DNA of 64,000 nt. Source: Kudoa neothunni (lineage: Eukaryota; Animalia; Cnidaria). The position numbers and the translations under genes are program-made. This document shows positions 52,732 through 64,000 of this stretch, one piece after another; position 1 is the first letter of the stretch; each line of letters begins with the position of its first letter. Under the pieces are notes generated by a model. That model did not search any database. It was not told the DNA's origin and worked only from the letters and a program-made list of their open reading frames with translations. The stretch spans positions 8,205,550-8,269,549 of the forward strand of contig OZ199838.1 of NCBI GenBank assembly GCA_964304625.1, in the 5' to 3' direction.

Positions 52732-53746
52732 ATGGGACTGTGCAAATGTTCCAAGAAAATACTTACATCACAATTTTGTTTTCAGCACCAAGTAAATGTG
52801 TGTGACTTTTGCATAATAAATTCGCATTCAAAAGTAAGTGTGAATAAAATAATTCATATGTGGTATGTTAGTTTTGTTAAAGTGTCATGTTAAAACATTA
52901 ACCGAATGGTTACATTCAAATAACTATCCCACTGTGTGTACTTTGTGTAATAAGTTGCTTGAAGAGGAGGAATGTGTTCGTTTATTAGATTGTTATGGTA
53001 TTTTATTGGTGAATTCACCCTATAAGTATAAAATTAATGACTAGATCTGTTGCATAGAAAATGTCTTATTGATTGTCTGACGAATTCCAAATTATTCGAC
53101 GATTTAAGTTGTCCTGTTTGTTTGGTAAATTTTTTCCACAATTTCATATACGATTATTTCGTATTCATCATTAATCAGAATTTATAGCAAAAGATTGTTA
53201 TCAACAATTCTTCCGATTCCCCATTGGTTTCTCGTCTTGTCGATATTTTAAAAGATATACCCTTGTTTGATGAGTACCTTAAACAAAATGCAATCAATGT
53301 ATCACCAAAGGAATTCACATCGCCATTTTCTCAACCCTCAAGTGCAAATTTATTACCCAGGAAAAGTTGTTTATTTCTCCTGATTTACAACTCTAATCTC
53401 TTTTCAAATGCAGATGCTGATGAGGAATATGTAAAAAATAAAGTCAATGATATTTGCATTTCGCTTGAGTCTCTCCCTCCTCAACCTCTTCCTCAACATC
53501 ACGTCTATCAGAAAATTAGCTCATTTTATAATCACGGTGATATGTATAGGAAGCTGAATAGATTTTCAATTGATTGTGCAAAAAAATTAAAGTAGATGAA
53601 TTATTTTGGTCGTTTGTTGACATGTCTTTAGATTAAATTGCCCCTCATTTTGGCGTTACAAAACCATCCTTATGGTTTGTCTCATTATTTTTCTAATTTT
53701 TATTATTTATGTGAAAGCATCTTCGACTAATGAAAATGATTATTAA
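52732..53746 (+). CDS. ZFPL1: Zinc finger protein-like 1 (Golgi, tail-anchored), multi-exon
   Basis: MGLCKCSKKILTSQFCFQHQVNVCDFCIINSHSK|CHVKTLTEWL..CTLC..CY|DLLHRKCL matches ZFPL1 ([27 protein letters not shown]). Last exon encodes TM segment ILMVCLIIFLIFIIYV. Confidence 0.92.
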
Positions 53747-53858
53747 TTGTTTCTATTGTGTCCTTATTCTGCTAAAAAGTGGCTTATACGAAATTCAAAT
53801 ATATGTTGATCATATTTGAACCTTGATAACCAAGAAATGGTAAATCCACATATACCAC

Positions 53859-54894
53859 CAAGGATGGCCAAATCATGACTCATGAATAAAATTTTTTTGA
53901 ATCGAATTTTTGTTTAATTCAATCAGCACGTTACTTCATGAAAATAAAGAATTTAAATTGTTTAATCACGTGAAGAAATGAACTTTTTAATCGTAAACTA
54001 GATAATATTTTTGCTTAGAAAACATAGTTATAAATTACCATATAGTTTTAATATTCGATGCAAACTAAAATTTTAACTAGTTTCATTAGGAAGTACAATC
54101 AGAACTAGTTTTTATCCATTACCAAAGTGATAGGTATCGAGAGAACAAAACACGTATTAAAACTTTCAAAATGATTCATGATTCTAACACACCAAGAGAA
54201 TTAGGAAATACGTTCCAGAAACTAAATATTCAGAATTAAATGAAATTTTCATCAAACTCGTTTCCATCTTTGTGAAAATTTATTGCTGTGAGTCTATTTA
54301 TTCAACGATGAAGTTTGTAAAATCGAGGTATCGCGGATCCCTCCGTCACAAACAAACACCTGATGGATCTAATTCGTACAGCGTTAACAGCATATGAACT
54401 AGATTATCGTCAGCTCACTGATAATATGGAAACATAAAAAACTTTTTACATTAGAAATAATTTCTAGAAAAGTTTTTTTCGAAAGCATTAAATACTTGTG
54501 TTATTACCTTATCCGTAAATATTTAATTTTATTCGTTGTCAGACTACCATGTATAATTAGATACGACAAATATTTTATTATTTTTGCGATCTTTTTCGAA
54601 AAGAACAAGTTTCTTGGATTATTAACAACTAATTTACTTTTTTGAAAAGCCATCATAAATTATACCTGTAAAAATTATATGTAAGTTTTTCAGCGATTAA
54701 TTGAATAAGGAAATGATAAAAAACCTTTATTCATAATTCTAAAACATTTTATTTCACTAGTTACCAAAAATTTTCCAAAAATGTAAGTTTTAAATAAGGA
54801 AGAGTCAAATAAATGATTTTGATGCCTTGTGGTTCTTGAAAAATTGGGAAACCATAAAATTGGCTTCCGATCTGGACACCTCTGGCCACCCCTG
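53859..54894 (+). mobile_element. Degraded Buster/SPIN-type hAT with transposase C-terminal remnant
   Basis: Ends CAAGGATGGCCA...TGGCCACCCCTG. ~54205-54437 encodes VPETKYSEL...YCCESIYSTMKFVKSRYRGSL..HLMDLIR. TSD is degenerate. Confidence 0.7.
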
Positions 54895-55339
54895 TTATAG
54901 TATGAAAATTACTGGGCACTATATATAAAACAAAGGGTTTTTATAATATGTATGACTTAAATAATTGAAGATGCCTTATGCAGGGTATAATGACGTTATT
55001 GCCATTGCGTAGTAATGCTATAATAAACTAAAATTGTGAAATAATGAGAGTTTATTAAATATAACCATTTTAACCTAAAATAAAAATTCCAGTAATCTAT
55101 AATTTTAGTAAATAAGCGGTGTAATGTTTTTTTAAATATTTTATTGTCCATTTTATACGTTAAATTATTATTTCTTAAAAAATATATTGATAGTTTATCT
55201 TTTTAATTCACAAAGAGTACAAATATTGATTTTAGGTTATGAGAAATGTGCTTTTTATTTCTTTAGGAAACGCTAATTTAATTGATTACTAAATTAACCT
55301 TGGCAAATCTAGGATAAACTAATTGATTTGATATACATG

Positions 55340-57596
55340 CAGTAGGTAATCGATTATACGTACTTTTACTTTTTCTTCGCTTATATATAATTATCAGAGT
55401 TAAAACTATTTCTGTTAATTAAAAAAGTTTATTTTATGCAATTAAAATTAAAATAATAAAAAAATAATTTATAAAGGAGTATTTTATAAAAATAGGGATT
55501 ATCGATTCTACGTAACTTAAAGGCTCAAACCCTAATTTCCAAAATCCTTTGTTTTATAGGGTTTCCCGATATAACTCGGCACTTTTGCAACCAAGATATG
55601 GGTTTCAACACGCATTCTCGATTGACGCTGCGCATTGATTTTGAACAAATTTTTGTTAATTTAATTGAATTTAAATATGTGCGAAGTTTCGAGTGACTCA
55701 GAAGTATAGTTTCAGAGCAATTCGATTCGGCTAGATCGACATCAAATACGCAACCTAAAAGGAAACAAAGAAAAATCATCTCTGCCGATTTAAGGGAGCA
55801 AATGTGCAATTTTTGCTTTGATGGAAAAACTGATAGATATATCGCTTCGGAAATGAGGTTACCGAGATCAACGGTTTGGTCGATATTGTTTAAGTTTAGA
55901 CGCAACGGCACTCTTGATCCAAAACCCAGAGGGGGAGACAAACGATCACTTCTTTCGATTGATCAGAAAGGAAAAATAATCAGTTGGATTGATGAAAACT
56001 CATTAATCTCTTTAAAAGAATTAAAATAAAAGTTCCAGGACGAATTTGGAGTTACCGTATCCCTCAGTACAGTAGATAGAGTAATCGGAGAATTCCATTA
56101 CACTCTCAAGTCTGTTGTAAGGGTTCCTGAAAGAAGGAATTGTTCTACAACAATAGAAAAGCGGTTCCTAAATGCAGAAAATTTAGCCGTAAAATACCTG
56201 CCTCCATATTCACCCTTTCTCAACCCTATTGAGAATGTTTTTTCTGTCTGGAAAAACTTAGTAATAAGGAGATAGTGTAAAGACGAGAAAGAGCCGAAAT
56301 TAGCTATTGTTTAATGTTTCGACGAAATAACACATGCACATTGTGATGGGTTCTATCGAAAAATGCTTGGCTATATCACAAGGTCTTCTCAAAGAGAGGT
56401 AATATTAGATTAAATAACAGTGATGATAGTAATTATGGGTTTGATTGCAAAAGTGCCGAGTTAGATCGGGAAACCCTATAATTAATCACATCCATGATAA
56501 AATTGTAAATAATTTAGACATAAAGGATGGTTTATTATTTCTCCATTTAAAAAGAATTTCGAATAAAACCGGTAAATCTTTTACATTCTTTGGCGTTTTT
56601 GATCTCGTACCTATTTCTGCTTTGAAAACTTCTGAAACAATGATGCTGAATCGGTTTCCTCGTGTAAAATAAGCTTGGATTCACTCATAAGAAACCTTTT
56701 GGACGAGAAATAAAAAAATAATTTTTAAGCTATAGTTTATAATTGGTTAATGACATTAGAGTAAAGAAAACCGATTTATTTTAGATGATAAAATATGTAA
56801 AAACATTCGTAAAGGAATTCAGTTTAAAAAAGGTCAATTATCCTGGGTGGTCATTTATGCACTCAAAACTTATCATAACTAGTACAACAAATTGAGTGCT
56901 ATTGTTGCAAAATCTTCTAACGGCCCTTTTTGTACAATTTATATAAGATTACATTATTCAATCAACGAAACAATGTCAAATAATTTTATGTATATATTTT
57001 TCAACATAAACTTTGATTTACGTCTGCAATCCAATTCATATCTAGAAAAGACATCTAAAATTATTAATGAACTAGTTTTATACGTCCACTTCTGGTGGTC
57101 GTTCAGATCGTTCTTTGATTTGTCATCATAAGAATTATCGAGTTTTAATTGTAATAAAAATTTACCCATTTAATTTGAGTAAAATAAGAAAGCAAGAATG
57201 ATGATGAAACCTTTTAAATATATCTAATTTATTAAAATGGTATCTTCAAAAATATTGCTAACAATTTATGTTTGTCTCCATAGTTCAACTTTAACCATGA
57301 GATTAAATTATATAACGTCATTCGTGTATTTTCCAAATAATTCATCATATTAACTATTATCTCTCAATAAACAAGTAAATTTTTTATAGTCCAACTACAA
57401 AAGTATTTCGGTTAAACCTGCATTATTGAAAATGATAGCGATCTAAACGCATAGCCAACAGATTTTATTAAATTTATGTTAAAAGGATAATATCTTTCTA
57501 AAAGTTAATAATTGTGAACTTAATTATATTACATCAATACAAAATACTTTAACGGTACGCGTACGCATCAAAAGTACGGAAATCGATTGCCTACTG
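55340..57596. mobile_element. pogo-like element (hosts Tc1-like 55557-56478)
   Basis: TIR CAGTAGGTAATCGATTATACGTACTTT...AAAGTACGGAAATCGATTGCCTACTG|TA. Confidence 0.75.
55557..56478 (+). mobile_element. Tc1/IS630-like element with internal deletion
   Basis: TA TSDs; 34-bp TIR TAGGGTTTCCCGAT.TAACTCGGCACTTTTGCAA with one mismatch. HTH ORF 55802-56029 (PKPRGG) and C-terminal YLPPYSPFLNPIENVFSVWK. The central catalytic region is missing. Confidence 0.92.
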
Positions 57597-57834
57597 TATA
57601 TATAAACGTTAATAAAATATGATGCAATATGTAACGAACTTCACGCACTTTTTAAAAACCAATTTATTTAAAATGTTGATTTTCTTTTATATTCATCTTT
57701 CAAGGTTTCAACTTAATTTTTATAAAAATAATTCTAAAAGCTGCTAAATAATGTAACTTAAAATAACGCAGTCAGCCCATTTTACTCATTTTTTGGGAAC
57801 ATTTCTTGTTTTATATTGGTTAAATCTATGCTTA

Positions 57835-59097
57835 CAGGGTATTCCAGAATAAATCGGACACACTACGTAAACAAAAGGATTCGTTTTTAATCAGGTTAAA
57901 GTAATTTATTTTTTTATAATTAATTAGGTTTATGAAACTATGGTGTAGTTTTGTCAATACATTATTAAAGCATAATGGATGAAAGAAAAAATATAAGGCG
58001 ATTGATCAAACATTAATTATCAAATTAAAAAACTCCTAAACAATAATCCGTCAAAAAAATATCCGAAATTACTGATTTGGGAAGGTCCCAAATATATAAA
58101 ATCAAATCTTTCATTGAAACCAACCCAAAAGTCCACAGCTACGATGCGTTTGCAAAATAGGGGCGCCATCCGAAAAATAACACGATTTTAGAAAACAAAA
58201 TGAGAGAAATCGTTGGCCGAGATAATAGCCTAACACAAGTCGGCATAAACAACTTCTGGCGAGAGATGAGCACCTGTCGTCCAACAGTACTGTATGCCTA
58301 CCGGTAAATCCGCCGGACTAACGAGAAAACGATTTAAACTAAAGGTCACCGTTATTTTGACGGATTCTCACAAAAGAACAGTAGCAGAATATGCTTCCAA
58401 GATCATAGGTCTGAGGAGAAAGAACATTGTTTTTTGGGCGAATGTGGATTCAATCTCCACGTATCGAATAATTATGGTTACTCGGAACCCAATAAAGATG
58501 CCATCGTCATGGTACGCCCTTCTAGAGGACGAAATAGATCGTTATGCGCGGTTTTTCCATCCAAGGAATAATTGGCCATAAAATTCTTGATGATGGATTT
58601 GATAGGATCCAATTTCTTGGATTTCTCGAACAAATGATTTTGGAACGAAAAATATCTTCTAAAATTGTTCTTGCCACGGATAACGTTGGGTTCCATCATG
58701 TACAAGAGGTAAAAAGTCTGATGAATACAAACTCAATTGAATGCTTATATCTGCCGCTGTATTCTCCTAAGCTAAATCCTATTAAGAACGTGTTTTCTGT
58801 TTTAAAGGCATAAGTCTCAAGTTACCGCCAAAGAGCGCAAAGTAGAGATGTTTTGACTGATTATATCGTAAAATCCACGGATGAATTTAACAGAAACGAC
58901 TCTCAATTTTTTTAAACTTTTTCAGAAAAATGTGGAACAATGTGTATGAGGGGTTAAACAATTAAATAAAGAAAACAATATTAGCCATTTTCCTTATTTT
59001 CGAGTCTACACATATAACCATTATTTTTCCTTCAAATTATGTCTACCACGTTTTTGACTAATTTTGAAATGTGTCCTATTTATTCTGAAACACTCTG
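57835..59097 (+). mobile_element. Tc1/IS630-like element, degraded transposase
   Basis: TA|CAGGGTATTCCAGAATAAATCGGACACA...TGTGTCCTATTTATTCTGAAACACTCTG|TA; motif LATDNVGFHH...YLPLYSPKLNPIKNVFSVLK. Confidence 0.88.
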
Positions 59098-59099
59098 TA

Positions 59100-59670
59100 A
59101 TGCGAAAAAATAATCATACAACTAGAACTATCGCCGAAAAATACAATATTAGATTTTATGAAAGTCTTCCAGGTAATGGTGTCAGAGTTGCTACAGTACA
59201 CATTTTAAAATAACCACTATCTCGACCCTGAATGGCATCTCACAGATGAAAAATAAAATAGTTAAAATCAATGAAAATGTTTTAGAATCTAAAAATAAAA
59301 AATATTCTCATGCTGGGCACCTTTATATTGTTGAAGAAGAGATATATAGGTAGACTGAGTAGGCACCGAGCACTTTTTGATTAAAGTAATCGCCGCCATT
59401 ATAATGACCAAGAGAAATTAATTGTCAGAAGAAAAAGGTTTATCTTCAGATTCAATTCGTGGGTGGTTTCGTTGTTTAAAAAAAGGTCTAACATTAGGAA
59501 ATAAAATTTTATTAGCTAGTCCGCTGATGCTCCGCCTGAAACTATTTCAAAATGGATCAATCAAATCAAAATATTTTGTAAGATACCCTCTAAATTACGT
59601 TTTCAATGTGGATAAATGTGTCTTATTCTACCTACAGAAAAAAGTTAAGTATTTCATAGTGTTCTGAAAA
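59100..59670 (+). pseudogene. Tigger/pogo (CENP-B-like) transposase remnant
   Basis: SIRGWFRCLKK and YPLNYVFNVDKCVLFY resemble S.GWL..FK.R and IFNxDETGLFY. Confidence 0.5.
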
Positions 59671-60112
59671 ATAGCTGTTCTTAACGTTAACACATTTCTC
59701 GAGTTTTGATTATCTTTTAAAAATTAATGCACAGCTATCTGGCCAGTTATTAAGGATCAATTTTTCCAGAATAACTGAGCACGCAAGTACATGAAATTGA
59801 ACGTTAACAATTTGACGCACTTTTTCCTTGATCCCAAGAGGGTTATTTGAAATTGGTTTCGTATAGTATAATATCAGGCTAAAATATCTATGAGATAGGT
59901 TTGGTAGTTTCAATATATCAGTTAAATCTTGAAACAAAATATTTTCAGATCAACAGAGAAGGATCACAACTGACTCTACATTCGGTTCGAGAATTTCAAA
60001 CGAGAATACTTGTCGCGTGTAGTAGTCGCCCCCGATTTGTAACGATTCAACACACAGTGTTACTTTGACTCTTGGCGCATGCGTGTGTCTTACACTATTT
60101 TACTCTTTCGAT

Positions 60113-61266
60113 ATGGTAAAATTATTTTTTTCACACATTTCCCTAATTTTGTGAACTATAGCCGCAAAATGAGCATATTGAGTTATCGATTAAACGTAAA
60201 GGTCGCCGTTTAGACCACAGCGAACGACTGTACGCACACTTTTAGTGTTGATGTTAGTTTAATGATGTTTTCTTAGCCGAAAACGTGTTGCTCGTCTTCC
60301 AAATAGAGTTTCTAAACAAGCTAGAACAATAACTGGTCTCAAGTATTACATTAATTGAATAACTCGGCATGCCACTATCTCATATTTAATTAGGGCTAAG
60401 TTATTGAATAGAAAAAGACGTCTTGAAAAAATTCAGCTTAAAAACACGTATGTGATTTTTTTCGCGAATAGCATTTCACTTTTAAAAGGATGAAACAACA
60501 TCAACAAAAAGAAACCAAATCCAAAGAAACCACATCGGTCGAGGGAGCTCTTCCTTCGTATTTGCTGGATCGTGAGAAACAGAATAGAGCAAAAATATTG
60601 AGTAATTCTATAAAACAGAAACGAAAAGAAAAAGCGGTACGTACTTTTACGGTTTATTTTGATAAGATTTGATCAATTTTATTCAGGGTAAATGGGATGT
60701 TGCTCTGCCAAAAGTTAAATCTGTTGGTGAAAATGAAGTATTCAAAGTGATAAAAACTGGAAAAAAGCAAAGTTATCCACGTTAACACAGAGAATAGTTT
60801 CTTATTTTTTTATATTTTAGAAAAATGTTGGAAGCGAATGGTTACTAAAGTCACATTTGTGGGGGACAATTTTACAAGAAAACCACCGAAATATGAACGA
60901 TTTATACGTCCTATGGGACTTAGATTCAAGAAAGCTCATGTAACTCATCCAGAAGTATGTTAAATTCATTTGAGCGGGGGACTCAACTAATTTCTTATCC
61001 AAGCTAAAAACTACATTCCATTTACCTATTATTGGTGTCCAAAAAAATCCACAATCTCCATTATTTACCTCTCTGGGAGTTATCACCAAAGGAACTGTTA
61101 TAGAAGTAGACTTTGTTTCGGTGTTAAGTTTCTATTTCTTTCTAAGGTCAACGTAAGTGAGTTGGGAATGGTTACTCAAGGTGGGAAAGTTATCTGGGGA
61201 AAATACGCCCAAGTTACCAACAATCCTGAAAATGATGGATGTATCAACGCTGTGCTTTTAGTTTAG
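60113..61266 (+). CDS. NSA2: Ribosome biogenesis protein NSA2, 9 exons
   Basis: ATG|[34 protein letters not shown]|[63 protein letters not shown]. Eight 41-51 nt introns. Confidence 0.97.
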
Positions 61267-61476
61267 GATTATTCTTTTGTGTATAGTGTTTTGTATATTT
61301 TTACGTGGTTTAACTGTGTATTCAATGTTTTCCAGTATTGTTCTCATCATAATATCATTAAACTTTCATTTACGTTAAATTTTTTCTTTATTTGAGTGAA
61401 CCGGACTCAAATTGATCAAACATTCCAGAATTTGGTGCTGGTTACAGGGTCGCATAGGCTATGAGTCAGCATTTAG

Positions 61477-63949
61477 CACTTGTACTTATACTCTGGGTTC
61501 AATGGACCCAGAGCATGGTTGTTGTTTATATTATGGCTCTCTCAATAGTCAAAAAGTTAAAATTTAGTGTAGCTTCCTAAATATTTATGTTGTATTTTTA
61601 TTCATATTTACATGATCTAATAATGTCTGAGTGGTTTTTTATTTAATCGAAAAAAGTTGCACCCTCATGTACAAACTGGGTCCAATGGACCCAGTAGAAT
61701 AACTTGACAATTAACGCTTTTATACAAATAAAAACCAATACGAACAATAAAACAACAAAATATATTTAATGGAGAAATCTGAAAATCCAGATTTGACGGT
61801 AACAAAATAAAATATCTCTAAGTAATTGCACCTTTGTTTGTTTCGAGCCATGTTTAAAAATTATAAGTTGTTGCATACTTTACAATTATTTCTAAAATTT
61901 CTAATTATAATATTAATTTATTATAAATAAAATTATAGTTTTCTACGTTGAAATATCTAGGCATAGTTATTATTAAGGATAGTAACAAATTAATCCTTTT
62001 TCGCCCTCGTGTAACTTCTAATCTGTGTAGAACGTTAACCCTTGATGATGCAATAAAAATCATTATGGAAAACTCAGAAGATTCTAACGTGGATGAGAAT
62101 CTGTCTTCTGATGAAGAAATAGACAACGTTATAGAAGAACCAGTTTCAAGCGATTCGGAGAATATTTCTGATATTGAATAATCTCAAGAGGAAACACTGT
62201 TCTCAAGAGACAAATTAATTAAATGGGAGACAAAAATACCAACTAAAGCGGTTAGAACACGCAACCACAATATTGTACAGAATTATAAATCTAGAATACC
62301 AGACGAAGTTAGGGAAAAAATATCTTCACCATCGACTTCATTCAAAAGTTTTATTGGAGATGATATTATTTCAAAAATAATAATTTCGACAAACACATTT
62401 ATGGAAAAGAGAAACAAAAATAAAACTTAATGATTCTGATTTTTGGAAATGGATAGGTGCTAATTTATATCTTGGAATAATGAAAAACAAAAACTCTTCA
62501 TTACAAGATTTATGGAATAAAGAAAAAGGTTTACCGTTTTTATCGAAAAGTAATAAATCTTTAATAAAATTTAAATATAAACATGTGGAAATAACATTTA
62601 TATATTTTATAGTAATATCATATCGGAGATATAGAGTTATCTCTGAAAATATTCGTTTCGATAACCGTGTAGAGCGTGACCCTCAGAGAAGATTCACCAA
62701 TTAGTTTTGTATGGGATTTATTTATAAATAATTGCCGAAATAACTACATACCATCAGAGCAATTAACAGTGGATGAACAGCTTTGCACAACAAGGGGTCG
62801 TGTGAATTTTAAAATTTATATACCGAGTAAACCCAGAAAATATGGCATCAAAACTTGGGTCTTGGTGGATGCTAAAAATGCTTAATTGTGTAATACCCAA
62901 ATTTATACAGGAAGATCATCAAATGGTCCGGAGGTAAATCAGGGGAACGAGTTGTCAGAGAACTCGCAAACCTTTATCTAGATAAAGGTAGAACTATAAC
63001 AACTGACAATTTTTTCACAAGTTTAAACCTGGAAAAATATTTAAGAGGCCGTAAGACAGCCCTAGTTTGAACTGTGAGAAAGTCACGTAAATTTTTACCT
63101 ACGTGCTTTCAACAGAATAAAAAAGAAGTTGGATCTCAGTTTCTTTTTCATGATAAAATCACTCTTGTTAAGTTTTGTGAAAAGCCAAATAAGTCTGTTT
63201 TGCTTCTCAGTTCTCTATACAATGACAATAACATTGAGGAAGATGGGAAGCCCGAAATACCACGTTACTATAACCAAATTAAGGCTGGCGTCGATGTTCT
63301 TGATCAGCTTATTCGATTCTGCACTGTAAGGAGAAGAACTCTGAGATGGCCACTTACAATATTCTATAATATGATTGACATTGCTGGTTATAACTCAATG
63401 GTTGTATATTTGGAAAAGTATATTGAATTTAAGTTAAAATACAAAAACCGTACAGGGCGGCAATATTTACAAAATCTAGTTGATGAAATTGTTGAATCAT
63501 ACGGTAACGATAATAGTGACCCTTCGCTTATCGAACCATCAAAAATCTATAGAAGAGTGAAAAAAGAAGTTGCCGGTTGTGCTCCTATATAGCAGACATA
63601 AAAACTAAGACGATCTGTTCTAAATGTGGAAAAAACGTTTGTAAACGACATTACTCAGTTTTATGTAAGAATTGCCATTGATTCTTTATGTTTATTATAA
63701 AACTAAAAATTCACACTAGTATATTTGTGCTGTCATCCACGTCAGTGATGGCGTCGTGTTATATCTTGTTTTTTACAGCTTTGCGATAAATTATTAACAT
63801 GATATTAAAAATAAACCAATAGGAAATTTTCTCTTATAATTATGACATATTTATAATCAGTTGGACAGCGTTAAGTCCAATTTTACCGACTGGGTCCATT
63901 GGACCCAGTTTGTACAGTAGTGTGATTTTTTGGGGCGTACGTATGAGTG
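61477..63949 (+). mobile_element. piggyBac transposon (CACT-tipped), disrupted transposase with apparent introns
   Basis: TTAG|CACTTGTAC...GTACGTATGAGTG|TTAA; TGGGTCCA.TGGACCCA palindromes at ~61494, ~61677 and ~63891. Motifs [45 protein letters not shown]. Confidence 0.92.
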
Positions 63950-64000
63950 TTAATCTAAATAAAGACAGTAGCTATTCTCATGGAAACGAATAACTCCTCC

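Noticed and set aside
53851-54902. Buster-type hAT as a fourth piggyBac-TIR insertion
   Set aside because: Its flanks are not piggyBac TIR sequence; it is a counter-example showing the targeting is not obligate.
59710-59937. 75-aa minus-strand ORF divergent from NSA2
   Set aside because: Non-ATG start, no recognisable motif or splice support, and it abuts a pogo remnant.
61490-63910. Recurrent palindromes (TGGGTCCA.TGGACCCA, TGGGGT..ACCCCA) as CRISPR repeats or terminators
   Set aside because: Not regularly spaced; they are piggyBac subterminal repeats.

Overview
Very AT-rich eukaryotic (animal-type) genomic DNA. Compact genes with many 40-60 nt GT-AG introns alternate with blocks of decayed, heavily nested transposons. 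The profile is compatible with a reduced or parasitic metazoan such as a myxozoan, orthonectid or dicyemid, but the taxon cannot be fixed from this window. Recognisable host genes: MRPS9 (runs off the left edge), PIK3C3/Vps34 (with a 10.5 kb TE-filled intron), ALAS, SLC35B2, a PPM1A/B-type PP2C, ZFPL1 and NSA2. There are also two unrecognised spliced genes. TEs: six near-full-length piggyBacs plus remnants, several hAT elements, two Merlin, two Tc1/IS630-like, pogo/Tigger remnants, Helitron-type elements, a 5'-truncated Gypsy and MITEs. All transposase/pol frames seen are disrupted. The most striking signal is that three different Buster-type hAT elements have inserted at the same 8 bp (nt 3-10) of the CCCTCTAA-type piggyBac terminal inverted repeat, two of them in tandem at one site. 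Also notable is a TIR-bearing piggyBac whose transposase carries host-style spliceosomal introns. No CRISPR, rRNA or tRNA was recognised. All homology calls are by eye from remembered family motifs; no searches were run.
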